A stretch of DNA of 64,000 nt, from NCBI GenBank assembly GCA_963663275.1, contig OY760183.1, positions 2,304,001 to 2,368,000 of the forward strand, written 5' to 3'. Positions 20,472 to 29,717 of the stretch are shown one piece after another (the first letter of the stretch is position 1; every line of letters starts with the position of its first letter). Below the pieces are notes generated by a model that was given only the letters and a program-made list of their open reading frames with translations, ran no database searches and had not been told where the DNA came from. Origin of the DNA: Chloroflexota bacterium (GTDB lineage Bacteria; Chloroflexota; UBA11872; VXOZ01). The position numbers were made by a program, and so were the translations under genes.

Positions 20472-21890
20472 TTATGATACCACCTCGCCCACTACATCCG
20501 AAAACATCGCGGCGTAGTGGCGATACCAGTCGCTCTGGAAGCGCCCGGCTGGGTCGTGCTTTTGCTTCAAACGGAGAAAGTCCGGCAACTGCGGATAGCA
20601 CCGCTCCACCTGCGCGCGCGCGGCGTGCCTGTGATAGGTCAGATAGTAGCTGCCGCCGTAGGAAATTGCGCGGTCGATCAGGCGGCGGAAGGCCGCGGCG
20701 GCGCGCTCCTGGCCTGCCGGCGTGTGCGACACGTGAAGATTGAAGATGACGCAGGCGAAATCCTCCCGCGCCCAGGCGAGAAAGCTCTCCTCGTCGCGCT
20801 CCACCAGGCGGATGGTGCCGTAGATGACTTCGGTCTCGTGTTGCCGAAAGTCCTCACGCGCGTCATACATGAACGGCGCTAAGGACTCGCGCGGCACGTA
20901 GATTTCGGTGATGACCTCCGTCGCGGGCGCGGCGGCCCCGAGGTGGCGATCGAGCGCGCGGTGGTAGTCTTCCTCGTAGTAGCCGAGTTGATGCAGGTCC
21001 GACCAGTAGATTTGGCCGTCCGTGGCAAGGTAGTGGTCAACGTACTCCGCGTAGGCCTGGGGCTTGTTCGCGTGAGCGTATAGGATCAAGCGCCGCCAAT
21101 CGTCAACGGTCAATTCTCGCTGGCCGTCGGGAATTGGCGTATCCGCCGCCGCGGGCCGGTAGCAGGAGAGCACACCCTCGGTCAGATAGTGCGCGGATGA
21201 GTCGTCGATCGAGTACTGGAAGTCGCCGTAGAGGAAGCCGTCCGCGATGCGCCGCGCAAACGACGGCATGAGTTCCTCGATGTTGATGACGCTGACGGCG
21301 CGTTGGAGTTTGCGGCGCGGCGCCAGGCGGAGCGTCACGCTGTAGACCACGCCAAAAAGGCCGTAGCCGCCGACGACCAGCCGAAAGAGGTCGGCGTTCT
21401 CCTGGCGGCTGCACTGCCGGACGTTCCCACTGGCGTCCACGAGCGTGAACGATTCGACATCGGCGATGATGGGTCTCATGCGCAAGCCGCGGCCGTGGAC
21501 GTTGGCCGCCAGCGCGCCGCCGATGCTCATGCGGTCGCCGCCGGTCTGCTTCTGCGCGATCGCCCACTGTGGCCCGTCGGACGGGGTGGCCCGCCGATAG
21601 CCCGCGATGAGTTCCGGCCAGTAGATGCCGGCTTCAACGGTGATCAAGCCCGCTTCGGCGTCGAAGGCGAGCACCCGGTTCAGCGGTTCCGTATCCAGGA
21701 GAATTGTGCCGCTGCCGAACTGCTGGCCGCCCATGGCGTGCCGTCCGCCCGCGATGGAGAGCGCCTTGTCTTCTTGCTGCGCGGCGGCGATTGCTGCCTG
21801 GATGGCTTCCAAAGAGTCAACCGGCACGACCTGGGCCACGGTGGTGGGATTGAGCTGGGAGTGAATGTCGTTGACGCGGACACCGGTCAT
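20472..21890 (-). CDS. FAD-binding oxidoreductase (VAO/PCMH, DprE1/ALO-like)
   Basis: GGRHAMGGQQF, SIGGALAANVHGR, GGYGLFG, GGSYYLTYH, DPAGRFQS. Confidence 0.85.
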   Translation of the reverse strand: MTGVRVNDIHSQLNPTTVAQVVPVDSLEAIQAAIAAAQQEDKALSIAGGRHAMGGQQFGSGTILLDTEPLNRVLAFDAEAGLITVEAGIYWPELIAGYRRATPSDGPQWAIAQKQTGGDRMSIGGALAANVHGRGLRMRPIIADVESFTLVDASGNVRQCSRQENADLFRLVVGGYGLFGVVYSVTLRLAPRRKLQRAVSVINIEELMPSFARRIADGFLYGDFQYSIDDSSAHYLTEGVLSCYRPAAADTPIPDGQRELTVDDWRRLILYAHANKPQAYAEYVDHYLATDGQIYWSDLHQLGYYEEDYHRALDRHLGAAAPATEVITEIYVPRESLAPFMYDAREDFRQHETEVIYGTIRLVERDEESFLAWAREDFACVIFNLHVSHTPAGQERAAAAFRRLIDRAISYGGSYYLTYHRHAARAQVERCYPQLPDFLRLKQKHDPAGRFQSDWYRHYAAMFSDVVGEVVS

Positions 21891-21907
21891 GCGAGCATAG
21901 TCTCCTG

Positions 21908-23416
21908 TCACCGGCCGCCGCGCAACAACGTAGGCGTGAAGCCAGGAATCTCGTCAACCAGCGGGAAGTAGGGGCGCGGTACTTTGTGGTACGTGAAGCG
22001 CCGCAGCGACGGCGGTGTAGCGCCCGGCGTATCCAAGATGAATTCGGCTTTGGCAATCTCATTGTAGGTCTGGCGGTAGTTCATGGGATTCTTCGCTACG
22101 ATGAACTTGGCGCCCGCAATGTCCATGCCCAGCGCGCGAAACTGCTCGTCCCGAAACTCATAGGTACCGTAGGTCGTGACCAGGACCTGGGCGCTGCCGC
22201 ATTCCAGCACCGCCGTGGGGCCCATCTCCGCCCACTCTTCCGCCCAGATGCCGCCGGTGTATTGAAACCGCCCATCGCTTACTGCCCGGACAACGCCGGT
22301 CAGGGTGAGCGGACTGCCCCATTGGGGATCGATCTTGTGTCCCAGCGTCAGCGTGACCGTGTTGCCCGCGCCGGCTTCATGGCAAAGCGCAGCCGCTTCC
22401 GGGTCAACCACCGGCACGATGGCAAACCCTTCCGCGAGATCCATGAGAGCGGGCAGCGTTGCCACGCTGTCCCCGGCCGCGCCGCCGCCGACGCAGTCCG
22501 CGCACTCGACCAGGACTATCAGGCCGCCGGCAATCTTCAGTCCCGCTGCGACCGCCGCCTGGGGCGTGAGGGTATCCGGTTCCAGGTCAAAGCGGTTTTC
22601 CCACATCAAGCGCGCGACCTGGTTCGCGAGTTCTACCGCCAGATCTTCGTCGTCATCGGTGACGACCAGGCCGCCGCCGCCCATCTCCGGCACGTCGAGC
22701 GTGGCATGGGCGTGAAACGCGCTGGTGGAGAGCACGCCCGGCCGCTCTTCAAAGGACTTGGCCACGCGCATCACGTCGGCAAAGGGGCCTTCTCCCACGG
22801 TACTGGCATTGATGGCGCTCGTCAGGATGGGCACTTTCGCCATCGCCATGGCGGGCTTGTGCGCGCCGTCGAGCGTTCCCAGCAGCAGCCGCGCGCCGCG
22901 CACGCCGGTGGTGAACGGATCGACGTGGGGATAGGTTTCCCAGGCCACGAGGCCGTCCGCGTTACGCATCATCTGTGAGGTGACGTTGGCATGCAGGTCG
23001 AGGGTGCCGACGATGGGCACGTCAGGGCCCACGAGGGCACGCACGGCCTCTAGCAAATCACCCTCCACGTCGTCAATCTCCGTCGTGACCGCCGCGCCGT
23101 GTAACGCAAGGAGTACGCCGTCAACGGGCAGGGCGTTGCGCAGGTCTTCCAGCAAGTCCGCCTTTAGTTGCGCGTAGCAGTCCTGGGCAATCGGCCCGCC
23201 GGGATAGGCGCTCGCCACGACGAGGGGCACGGTATCGGTGTCGCGTTCGCGCAAGGCGTGGAGCATACCGCCAACCGCGCCGCCTTCGATTGACATAACA
23301 TCCTGGCCGCGCGCTAGTTGGCTGCGGGCAAACTCATCGCGCTCGATCAGCTTGCCGCCAAAGTGGTTGCACTCGGTCAGGATGGAGCCGACGGCAACCC
23401 GGTGCGTCTGGTTCAT
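21908..23416 (-). CDS. M81 family (MlrC-like) metallopeptidase
   Basis: ECNHF, LALHGAA, DVEGD, LDLHAN, TYPHVD, DCVGGGAAGD. Confidence 0.9.
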   Translation of the reverse strand: MNQTHRVAVGSILTECNHFGGKLIERDEFARSQLARGQDVMSIEGGAVGGMLHALRERDTDTVPLVVASAYPGGPIAQDCYAQLKADLLEDLRNALPVDGVLLALHGAAVTTEIDDVEGDLLEAVRALVGPDVPIVGTLDLHANVTSQMMRNADGLVAWETYPHVDPFTTGVRGARLLLGTLDGAHKPAMAMAKVPILTSAINASTVGEGPFADVMRVAKSFEERPGVLSTSAFHAHATLDVPEMGGGGLVVTDDDEDLAVELANQVARLMWENRFDLEPDTLTPQAAVAAGLKIAGGLIVLVECADCVGGGAAGDSVATLPALMDLAEGFAIVPVVDPEAAALCHEAGAGNTVTLTLGHKIDPQWGSPLTLTGVVRAVSDGRFQYTGGIWAEEWAEMGPTAVLECGSAQVLVTTYGTYEFRDEQFRALGMDIAGAKFIVAKNPMNYRQTYNEIAKAEFILDTPGATPPSLRRFTYHKVPRPYFPLVDEIPGFTPTLLRGGR

Positions 23417-23436
23417 TGCTGGCCTCTCCGGTCTGT

Positions 23437-24687
23437 TCACAGTTCCATTACATCGGCCAAGGCGGCCATGCTCGGCTCTTCCAGATGGGGCGCGGCGGGC
23501 ACAAGCTGATCGATTACGTCCGGCCACTTGACGCCGGAGCCGGTGATGACGCACACGACCGTTTCGCCCGGCTTGAAGTAGCCGTCCCCGTGCAGCCGGT
23601 ACAGGCTGGCGATGGTGGCGAGCGAGGCGCTCTCGAAGAAGAAGCCGCGGCGTGCCATACGCCGGATGGCCTGGCGCAATTCGTCCTCTGTGACCGCCGT
23701 AGCCGTGCCGCCCGACGCGCGGAGCGCCCGCAGCGCGTGCACGCCGCAGCGGCCTTCGATGATAGACGTAGCCAACGATTCCGGTTCCGGCTGCGGCTCG
23801 ATTTCGCTGCGGTCGTGGGTGAGGGCGTGGAGCAGCGGGTGCGTGGCCTCGGTCTGGCAGCCCACCATGCGCGGCAAGTTTTCGATGAGACCCATAGCGC
23901 GCAGGTCGGTCAACCCGCGCCAGACGCCGTAGAGACTGTCCCCACCGCCGGTAGGCACCAGGATTGAGTCCGGCGCCGCGCCGAGGGCGCTCGCAATCTC
24001 GTAGCCAATCGTCTTATATCCCGTGACGCCGTAGGGACTGGCGAGCGGGTTGGGGTCGGAAGAGCCGACCGGCAGCCAGCCGTGTTCTTCCACAAGCTGA
24101 CGCATAGTCCTGCCGATTTCGGCCTTTGGCATCGTCACGACGGAAGCGCCGTGGATCTGCATCACCCGCCGGAGCAGTTCCGACGACGTGGGGTAGCCGA
24201 TGATGAGCGCGCGCAATCCGGCGAGCGCCGCGTAGGCGGCGACCGCCTGGCCCGCGTTGCCGGTGGATGATGCCACCACCTTGGTGTAGCCAAGCTGGCG
24301 CGCCAGGGTGATGTTCACGGCGGCGTGGCGGTCCTTGAACGACCACGTGGGGTTCATGGTCTCATTCTTGACGTAGACCTTGAGGCCAAGCTCATCACTC
24401 ACGCCATCCAGAAACGTGAGCGGCGTGCCGCCTTCGTGCAGGCTCAGCGAATGTTCCGCCGCCGGCAGCAGGTCTCCATAGCGCCAGATGTTGTGCCCCG
24501 GGCCGGCGTCCCAGGCCGCTTGAAAGCCGGCCGGCGCGCCGCCGTCCAGGTTCACGCGAAAGTCCAGCGGGCCTTCTCGTCCCTGCTGAAAACAACTGGG
24601 GCACCCAAATTGATACGCCCCAATCGCAAACCGTTCGTCGCACCGCACGCACTGCAACCACTGGAAATCTGCGCTCACCGCCGTCAC
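23437..24687 (-). CDS. Threonine synthase-like PLP-dependent enzyme
   Basis: N-terminal CxxC...CxxC, EGGTPL, KNETMNPTWSFKDR, SSTGNAG, PTGGGD, ITGSGVK. Confidence 0.88.
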   Translation of the reverse strand: MTAVSADFQWLQCVRCDERFAIGAYQFGCPSCFQQGREGPLDFRVNLDGGAPAGFQAAWDAGPGHNIWRYGDLLPAAEHSLSLHEGGTPLTFLDGVSDELGLKVYVKNETMNPTWSFKDRHAAVNITLARQLGYTKVVASSTGNAGQAVAAYAALAGLRALIIGYPTSSELLRRVMQIHGASVVTMPKAEIGRTMRQLVEEHGWLPVGSSDPNPLASPYGVTGYKTIGYEIASALGAAPDSILVPTGGGDSLYGVWRGLTDLRAMGLIENLPRMVGCQTEATHPLLHALTHDRSEIEPQPEPESLATSIIEGRCGVHALRALRASGGTATAVTEDELRQAIRRMARRGFFFESASLATIASLYRLHGDGYFKPGETVVCVITGSGVKWPDVIDQLVPAAPHLEEPSMAALADVMEL

Positions 24688-24728
24688 GCGCCTGCCCTTT
24701 CTCTAGGAATCTGCTTATGATCTGCTTT

Positions 24729-24878
24729 GGGGGTGTCTGCGAAGCCGTAGCAAACCGTTCGTACTGAGCTTGTCGAAGTATGGACGGCTTTTCGCCAACG
24801 TGCGGCGGTTCCGATCACCCTTCGACAGGCTCAGGGCGAATGTTCCTGGTGCAAGTAGAACAATCGTAAACAGGCTCT
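24729..24878. repeat. REP-pair / MITE-like element (CCGTTCGTNCTGAGCTTGTCGAAG family)
   Basis: ccgttcgtactgagcttgtcgaag ... cttcgacaggctcagggcgaa inverted pair inside degenerate ends gggtgtctgcga / tcgtaaacaggctc. Confidence 0.6.
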
Positions 24879-24950
24879 ATGAGAACCTGCCGCCCGAATC
24901 CGCCTCAAAACGGGTCTTATGCTGAAGCCTGCGCCGGCCGCCATTGCGCG

Positions 24951-25856
24951 CTAGGCCGCAAGCAGGGTCTCGTTGATGTCCCGGTTCGTGGCTACCCAGC
25001 AGCCGCCGGGCTTAGCCAGCGCGCGGCGCAGCACGGTGTCCAGCATATCACAGTGGGGGTCGCGGGCGGCGAGGTAGGAGGGGTGCGCGAGGAGGCTAAG
25101 GATTTGTCCTTTCTCGTAGGCATGGTCGACCGCGTACTCTGCCAGGTGAATGTATTCCCAGCGGTCTAAATCCAACGAGCGAAAGGCAATGGCGTCGCTC
25201 AGGCCCATCATGGGGATTTCAGGGAGGCCGTTCGGATAGCGATACGGTTGCAAGGTGTCGAGGCTCTGGCGCACCGCGGCTTCCAGGTCGCCGCGCGGGG
25301 GATGCCACGTGCGCTCCGTGGGACAGTTGTAGTGCGCGGAGGCAAACCGGAACCCCTCCTCTTGCAGGAGCGTCTGCACGGCCGGCGAGTCTTCCAAGCC
25401 GTTGGGGAATGCGCCTGGCGTGCGGAAGCCGGTCGCCTCGACGCCCAGCCGCTGCCGGAGGCCCGCGCTCGTTTGCCTGATTTCGTGGCGCAGGCACTCG
25501 AGCGGTGAGAGACTGTCCGCCCGCCACGGCGCGCGTTTGTACCAGGGATGCAGGTCTTCCACCCGTTGCGCCTTCACTTTCACGTGCCGATACGTGTGGT
25601 TATCGAGAGCGTGCCCTTCGGCTACCAAGCGCTTGAGGTAGTCGACGTCCGGATCTTCCAACGCGCTGCCGACGACGTAGAACTGGAGTTTGACGTCGTA
25701 TTTCTCAGCCACGTCCAGCAGTTGGTGAACGTATTGCTTCACGTGGGGTTCAATCGCGCCGTAGTCGGCGTAATCGGACGTCCAATACGGGAAGTTGTAG
25801 GACATCTCGATGTCGAACGTCAGGCTCAGGCAGAACTGCGCGCCGCCGGGATACAT
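24951..25856 (-). CDS. Polysaccharide deacetylase (NodB/CE4) family protein
   Basis: LTFDIE, NHTYRH, GFRTPG, LLAHP motifs; ATG after AGGAG. Confidence 0.85.
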   Translation of the reverse strand: MYPGGAQFCLSLTFDIEMSYNFPYWTSDYADYGAIEPHVKQYVHQLLDVAEKYDVKLQFYVVGSALEDPDVDYLKRLVAEGHALDNHTYRHVKVKAQRVEDLHPWYKRAPWRADSLSPLECLRHEIRQTSAGLRQRLGVEATGFRTPGAFPNGLEDSPAVQTLLQEEGFRFASAHYNCPTERTWHPPRGDLEAAVRQSLDTLQPYRYPNGLPEIPMMGLSDAIAFRSLDLDRWEYIHLAEYAVDHAYEKGQILSLLAHPSYLAARDPHCDMLDTVLRRALAKPGGCWVATNRDINETLLAA

Positions 25857-25901
25857 GCCGTGCAACTCCTATCAGGCAGGCTAGCCGCCAGCAATGCTAG
25901 C

Positions 25902-26003
25902 ACCGTTCGGCCTGAGCTTGTCGAAGGCTGAACGGGAAAGACTCGTGCGAATTCGTTCCCCCTGCACCGGCCGTTCATGCTTCGACAGGCTCAGCACGAA
26001 CGG
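25902..26003. repeat. REP inverted pair, same family as 24756-24840
   Basis: ccgttcggcctgagcttgtcgaagg ... cttcgacaggctcagcacgaacgg. Confidence 0.75.
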
Positions 26004-26241
26004 CCTACTGATGCGCTTACAGCCAATGAATCACGTATTGTCTCATTCCCTGATCGGAACGAACCCTGGCTCGAAACTGGATTGAAAGAGGGCTCATCAC
26101 TATGAACGGGACATTTGAGGCGCTCAGGCGACTCAGCTACTCCCCATGCAGCCTTTGCAGAACCCCTTTCCTCGTATCGAGGATGGCTGGAAAGGGGATC
26201 AAAAGGCTTGACGGCAAGCTTTTGGAAAAGGTAAACGCACC

Positions 26242-26290
26242 TCTGGATTCCGGCTTTCGCCGGAATGACGGAGCATTGCAAAGGTTTCCT
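26242..26290. mobile_element. End of a MITE-like element (GTCATTCCGGCGAAAGCCGGAATCCAG core plus TIR)
   Basis: Reverse complement aggaaacctttgcaatgctccgtcattccggcgaaagccggaatccag closely matches 37854-37901. Confidence 0.6.
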
Positions 26291-26316
26291 CTTGGAGCGA
26301 CCAAGCTTGACCGGCC

Positions 26317-27585
26317 TTATGCCCGATACCGATCCGTCACCTTCGCCAGGATCGTGGCCATGTCCTCCACGTCCCGGTCGGTGTACTTGTCCGTCCAGTT
26401 CCAGCGGATGGTCGTATCCACGTGCTCCTTGGCAACCGGCACCATGTCGGCGCTGTATTCGATGTCCCGGGCGAACTCGTTCATGGGGTGGTCCCACGGC
26501 CACTGGGATTCACCGGCTACCGTGGTCTTGGTGTGCAAGAAGGTGTGGCTGTCGGGCACCAGTTGCCAGGGGCCGGGCTCCGCTTTGAGGCCCTCGGCCA
26601 TGAGCGCGTCGGACAGGTCCCACAGGCCGCAGGTGAAGGCGTCCGGGTCAACCCGCAGGTAGTAGTACCAGTAGATGTGGTCGGCGCCCTCAGGGATATA
26701 GGGCGGAATCAGCCCGGGAATGTCCTCTACTATGCGTTGGCTCAGGGCGGCGGTGGTCTCGCGGCGGCGCTGGTTCTGACCTTCGAGGATGTGGAGCATA
26801 CCCAGCACGAAGGCCGCTTCCAGTTCGCCAAAGCGCATATTCAGGCCAAAGCGCACGTGCTTGCGCCCGTAGCGTTCCACCGGCACGCCGCCGCGCGACA
26901 CGCCAAATAGGTGCACCCGGTCGGCGATGTCCTGGTTGTCGGTGAGCAGCGCCCCGCCGTGGCCGCCAGAGAGGTGTTTCTCGGCGTCGAACGAGAACGC
27001 GCCCACGTCACCGAGGGTGCCGGCGTTGCGGCCCTTGTACTTGGCCAGCGGCGCTTGGCACACGTCTTCTATGAGCAGGATGTTATGCCGCTTGGCGAGC
27101 GCCACGATGTCGTCCATCGGACAGAGGAGCCCGTACCAGTGGACGGCGATGATCGCCGCCGTGCGTTCCGAGACGACCTTCTCGATCGTCTCGGCAGTAA
27201 CGTTGCCGGTGCGGATGTCCACGTCCGGAAAGACGGGAATTGCCCCTTGCGCCATGATGCCGGCCACCGAGCCCAGGTCGGTGATGGGGTTTACGATGAC
27301 CTCTTTGCCCGGGCCGATGTCCATTGCCGCGATGATGGTATGCAGCGTGGCAGTGCAGTTTGCGAGGGCGACGCAGTACTGCGCGCCGTTGACTTCAGCA
27401 AACTCCTGCTCGAAGCGCGGCAAATAACCGGAAGTCAAGCCCTTCTCCAGGACTTCTCGAATGTTGTCGTAGGACTCCTGCGGCACGTCGCGCGGGAAGA
27501 TTCCCGGCAGAGGATCATCCGCCGAACGCACCGGCGTGCCGCCTTCAATCGCGAGTCGCGTATCAATCGGGGTCTTTATCGCCAT
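26317..27585 (-). CDS. DegT/DnrJ/EryC1/StrS family PLP aminotransferase
   Basis: LAIEGGTPVR, FEQEFA, NCTATLH, IEDVCQA, FSFDAEKHL..GHGG. Confidence 0.9.
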   Translation of the reverse strand: MAIKTPIDTRLAIEGGTPVRSADDPLPGIFPRDVPQESYDNIREVLEKGLTSGYLPRFEQEFAEVNGAQYCVALANCTATLHTIIAAMDIGPGKEVIVNPITDLGSVAGIMAQGAIPVFPDVDIRTGNVTAETIEKVVSERTAAIIAVHWYGLLCPMDDIVALAKRHNILLIEDVCQAPLAKYKGRNAGTLGDVGAFSFDAEKHLSGGHGGALLTDNQDIADRVHLFGVSRGGVPVERYGRKHVRFGLNMRFGELEAAFVLGMLHILEGQNQRRRETTAALSQRIVEDIPGLIPPYIPEGADHIYWYYYLRVDPDAFTCGLWDLSDALMAEGLKAEPGPWQLVPDSHTFLHTKTTVAGESQWPWDHPMNEFARDIEYSADMVPVAKEHVDTTIRWNWTDKYTDRDVEDMATILAKVTDRYRA

Positions 27586-27678
27586 GGCTGATGCTCCTTC
27601 ACATGCCATAGCGGCAACAGGCACCGGAAGAATTGGCGCCTGTCACCACACGTATTTCTTCAAGTGCTATGTGGTAGC

Positions 27679-29073
27679 TTAGCAGATGCAGCCACCCTCT
27701 TGAAGCGCGATTTCCGATACCTGATGGGCCTCAGCGATGGCCTCTGCAACGGTCTTTTCGCCCGCTTCCATCTGTCCCCAGAGCTCTGACCAGGCGGCGT
27801 TGATATCGGCTTGCTGCACCGCCTGGCGCAGCGGCACGCTGACATCGGCAATCGCCTTGTACGTTTCTACGTTCTCAAAGGGGTATTGCACCGCCGGCGT
27901 GTAGGTGCGGTTTGGCGGGAAGCGACCGCCGCCCAGGTTCGCCCAGTCCGGCTGCACCTCTTCACTGATGAGGTACTTGTAGAACCCCCACGTGGCATCG
28001 GGCTGCGGCGAACTGCGGGCGATCCAGAAGGCGTTGATCAACAACGGTGTGCCGCGGCCGGCAGGACCTTCCGGCACGTTCGCCAAATCGACGTTGAAGG
28101 GCGTCTGCCCCTCCACAATCTCCTGATTGATGGTCCGCGTGTACCAGGGACCGGTCAGGACCATGCCAAGCTTCTGCTCGGTGAAATTCGGCGCAACGTC
28201 GGTTTCCTTCCGATTGAGGGGCGGGTGCACCTGGTGCTTGACAACGTGGTCTAGAACGGTTTGCACGGCCTCGGCCGCTTCGGGCGAATTAATGGCCGGA
28301 GCGGTAAAGTCCTCGGTCCACCAGTCAGCGCCCCATGAATGCAAGGCGATCACGATACTGGAAATGCCGCTTCCACCGAAATTGAGACCCCACCGCGTCA
28401 CGTTTGCGCCCTCACGGGTAGTCAGCTTTGTCGCCAACTCGGTAAGCGAGTCCCAATTCAGATTGCCAGCGGCATCTAGGTCGGCCGGAGAAGTCAGACC
28501 CTCACTTGTCATCATGTCGTCGTTGTACCAAATGGACCGTGCGCCAAGGAACCAGGCAATGCCATACAAATTGCCGCCGATCCGCTCCAGGGCGCCTTCG
28601 TAGAATTCGGACAGATCGACGTCCGCATCCTTTGCAATGAAGGGGTCGAGCGGCTGGATGATGTCCGCCGTGGCAAACTGGCTGATGTAGCCGAACCAGC
28701 CGTAGTACATGTCATAGGGAATGCCCGCGGCGCTGGCGGCCACGGCTTTTACCGCCACGTCGGTCAAGGGCCACGTCACAATGTCGAGCTCAACCGTAAC
28801 GTCCGGATTGCGCTCTTCATAGCGGCCGATGACCGCGCCGTAGGTGTCGTCCCACACTTCCTGCTGGGTTGTGAAGTGCATGTACTTGATGACCGTCGGC
28901 TCCATGGCCTCGGGTACCGCCGTGGGTTCCGGCTCCGGTTCCTCTTTCGCTTCGGGCGCATCCGCGGGAGCGGGCGCCACTTGTCCGCAGGCGGCGAGTG
29001 CCGCGCCGCCGACACCAACACTTGCCATGCCGGCCAGAATAGACCGCCGGGAGAATCGCTTTGCAATGCGCAT
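27679..29073 (-). CDS. Tat-exported lipoprotein, family-1 extracellular solute-binding protein
   Basis: FSRRSIL twin-Arg, LAAC lipobox, acidic Pro-rich linker, WYNDDM, TGPW. Confidence 0.85.
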   Translation of the reverse strand: MRIAKRFSRRSILAGMASVGVGGAALAACGQVAPAPADAPEAKEEPEPEPTAVPEAMEPTVIKYMHFTTQQEVWDDTYGAVIGRYEERNPDVTVELDIVTWPLTDVAVKAVAASAAGIPYDMYYGWFGYISQFATADIIQPLDPFIAKDADVDLSEFYEGALERIGGNLYGIAWFLGARSIWYNDDMMTSEGLTSPADLDAAGNLNWDSLTELATKLTTREGANVTRWGLNFGGSGISSIVIALHSWGADWWTEDFTAPAINSPEAAEAVQTVLDHVVKHQVHPPLNRKETDVAPNFTEQKLGMVLTGPWYTRTINQEIVEGQTPFNVDLANVPEGPAGRGTPLLINAFWIARSSPQPDATWGFYKYLISEEVQPDWANLGGGRFPPNRTYTPAVQYPFENVETYKAIADVSVPLRQAVQQADINAAWSELWGQMEAGEKTVAEAIAEAHQVSEIALQEGGCIC

Positions 29074-29187
29074 TGTGCTCTCCTTGCCTGTTTCTGCAAC
29101 GGAACTGGCTGCATCGTACATCCCCTCCCTTTTTCTGTCAACCTCTGTGGAGCGGGGCGGGCTTGCGGCGCCTGGCGCAATGAGCGT

Positions 29188-29299
29188 CCGTTCATCCTTC
29201 GACTGGCTCAGGACGAACGGAAACTCGCTTGGCTCAGGATGAACGGAAACTCGCTTGGCTCAGGACGAACGGAAACTCGCTTGGCTCAGGACGAACGGA
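29188..29299. repeat. REP half-element followed by a 26-bp tandem repeat (about 4 copies)
   Basis: tggctcaggaYgaacggaaactcgct units start at 29204, 29230, 29256 and 29282. Confidence 0.9.
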
Positions 29300-29464
29300 C
29301 GCTCGTTGTAGACATCCGCTTAGACGGGCTTGCCTCGTCGTCCGTGCACAGATACCGCTCGCGCTCAACGCGCTCGCCGGTCTTGCCGGAGAATCCCGGC
29401 AGCGGTGAGGCTGCGCGGAATCATCATTCTGCGGTATACTGGAAGAGTGAACCGCTTGCCCATT

Positions 29465-29540
29465 GCCCCCATCGTCTAGTGGACTAGGACGCAGGCCTTT
29501 CAAGCCTGAAACGTGGGTTCGATTCCCGCTGGGGGCGCCA
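29465..29540 (+). tRNA. tRNA-Glu (TTC)
   Basis: GCCCCCA/GGGGGC acceptor stem, caggc-CTTTCAA-gcctg anticodon arm, GGTTCGATTCC T arm, encoded CCA. Confidence 0.96.
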
Positions 29541-29614
29541 TGGGTTGCAGCCGTGGCCGTTCGGCATCCCACGAGTAAAGGGGCCTGCGAGCGGCGGCGC
29601 GGAGACGCGCGCCG

Positions 29615-29644
29615 TTGACCGCAGGCACGACAACCTGATAGTAT
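29615..29644 (+). promoter_or_regulatory. Sigma70-type promoter of greA
   Basis: TTGACC-18 nt-TAGTAT with TG extension. Confidence 0.55.
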
Positions 29645-29648
29645 ACGC

Positions 29649-29703
29649 ATGACTGGAAAAGAGCGACCGGCTTAGGGTCTCTTTTCCGTCATATTCTTTT
29701 TAT
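29649..29703 (+). terminator. Terminator-like hairpin in the greA leader
   Basis: atgac-t-ggaaaagag...ctcttttcc-gtcat stem followed by attcttttttat, just before the AGGAGG SD. Confidence 0.6.
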
Positions 29704-29717
29704 AGGAGGGTGCGGGC

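Noticed and set aside
26004-26241. Pseudogene or transposase remnant in an AT-richer intergenic stretch
   Set aside because: No recognisable protein motif in any frame; cannot be supported without a search.
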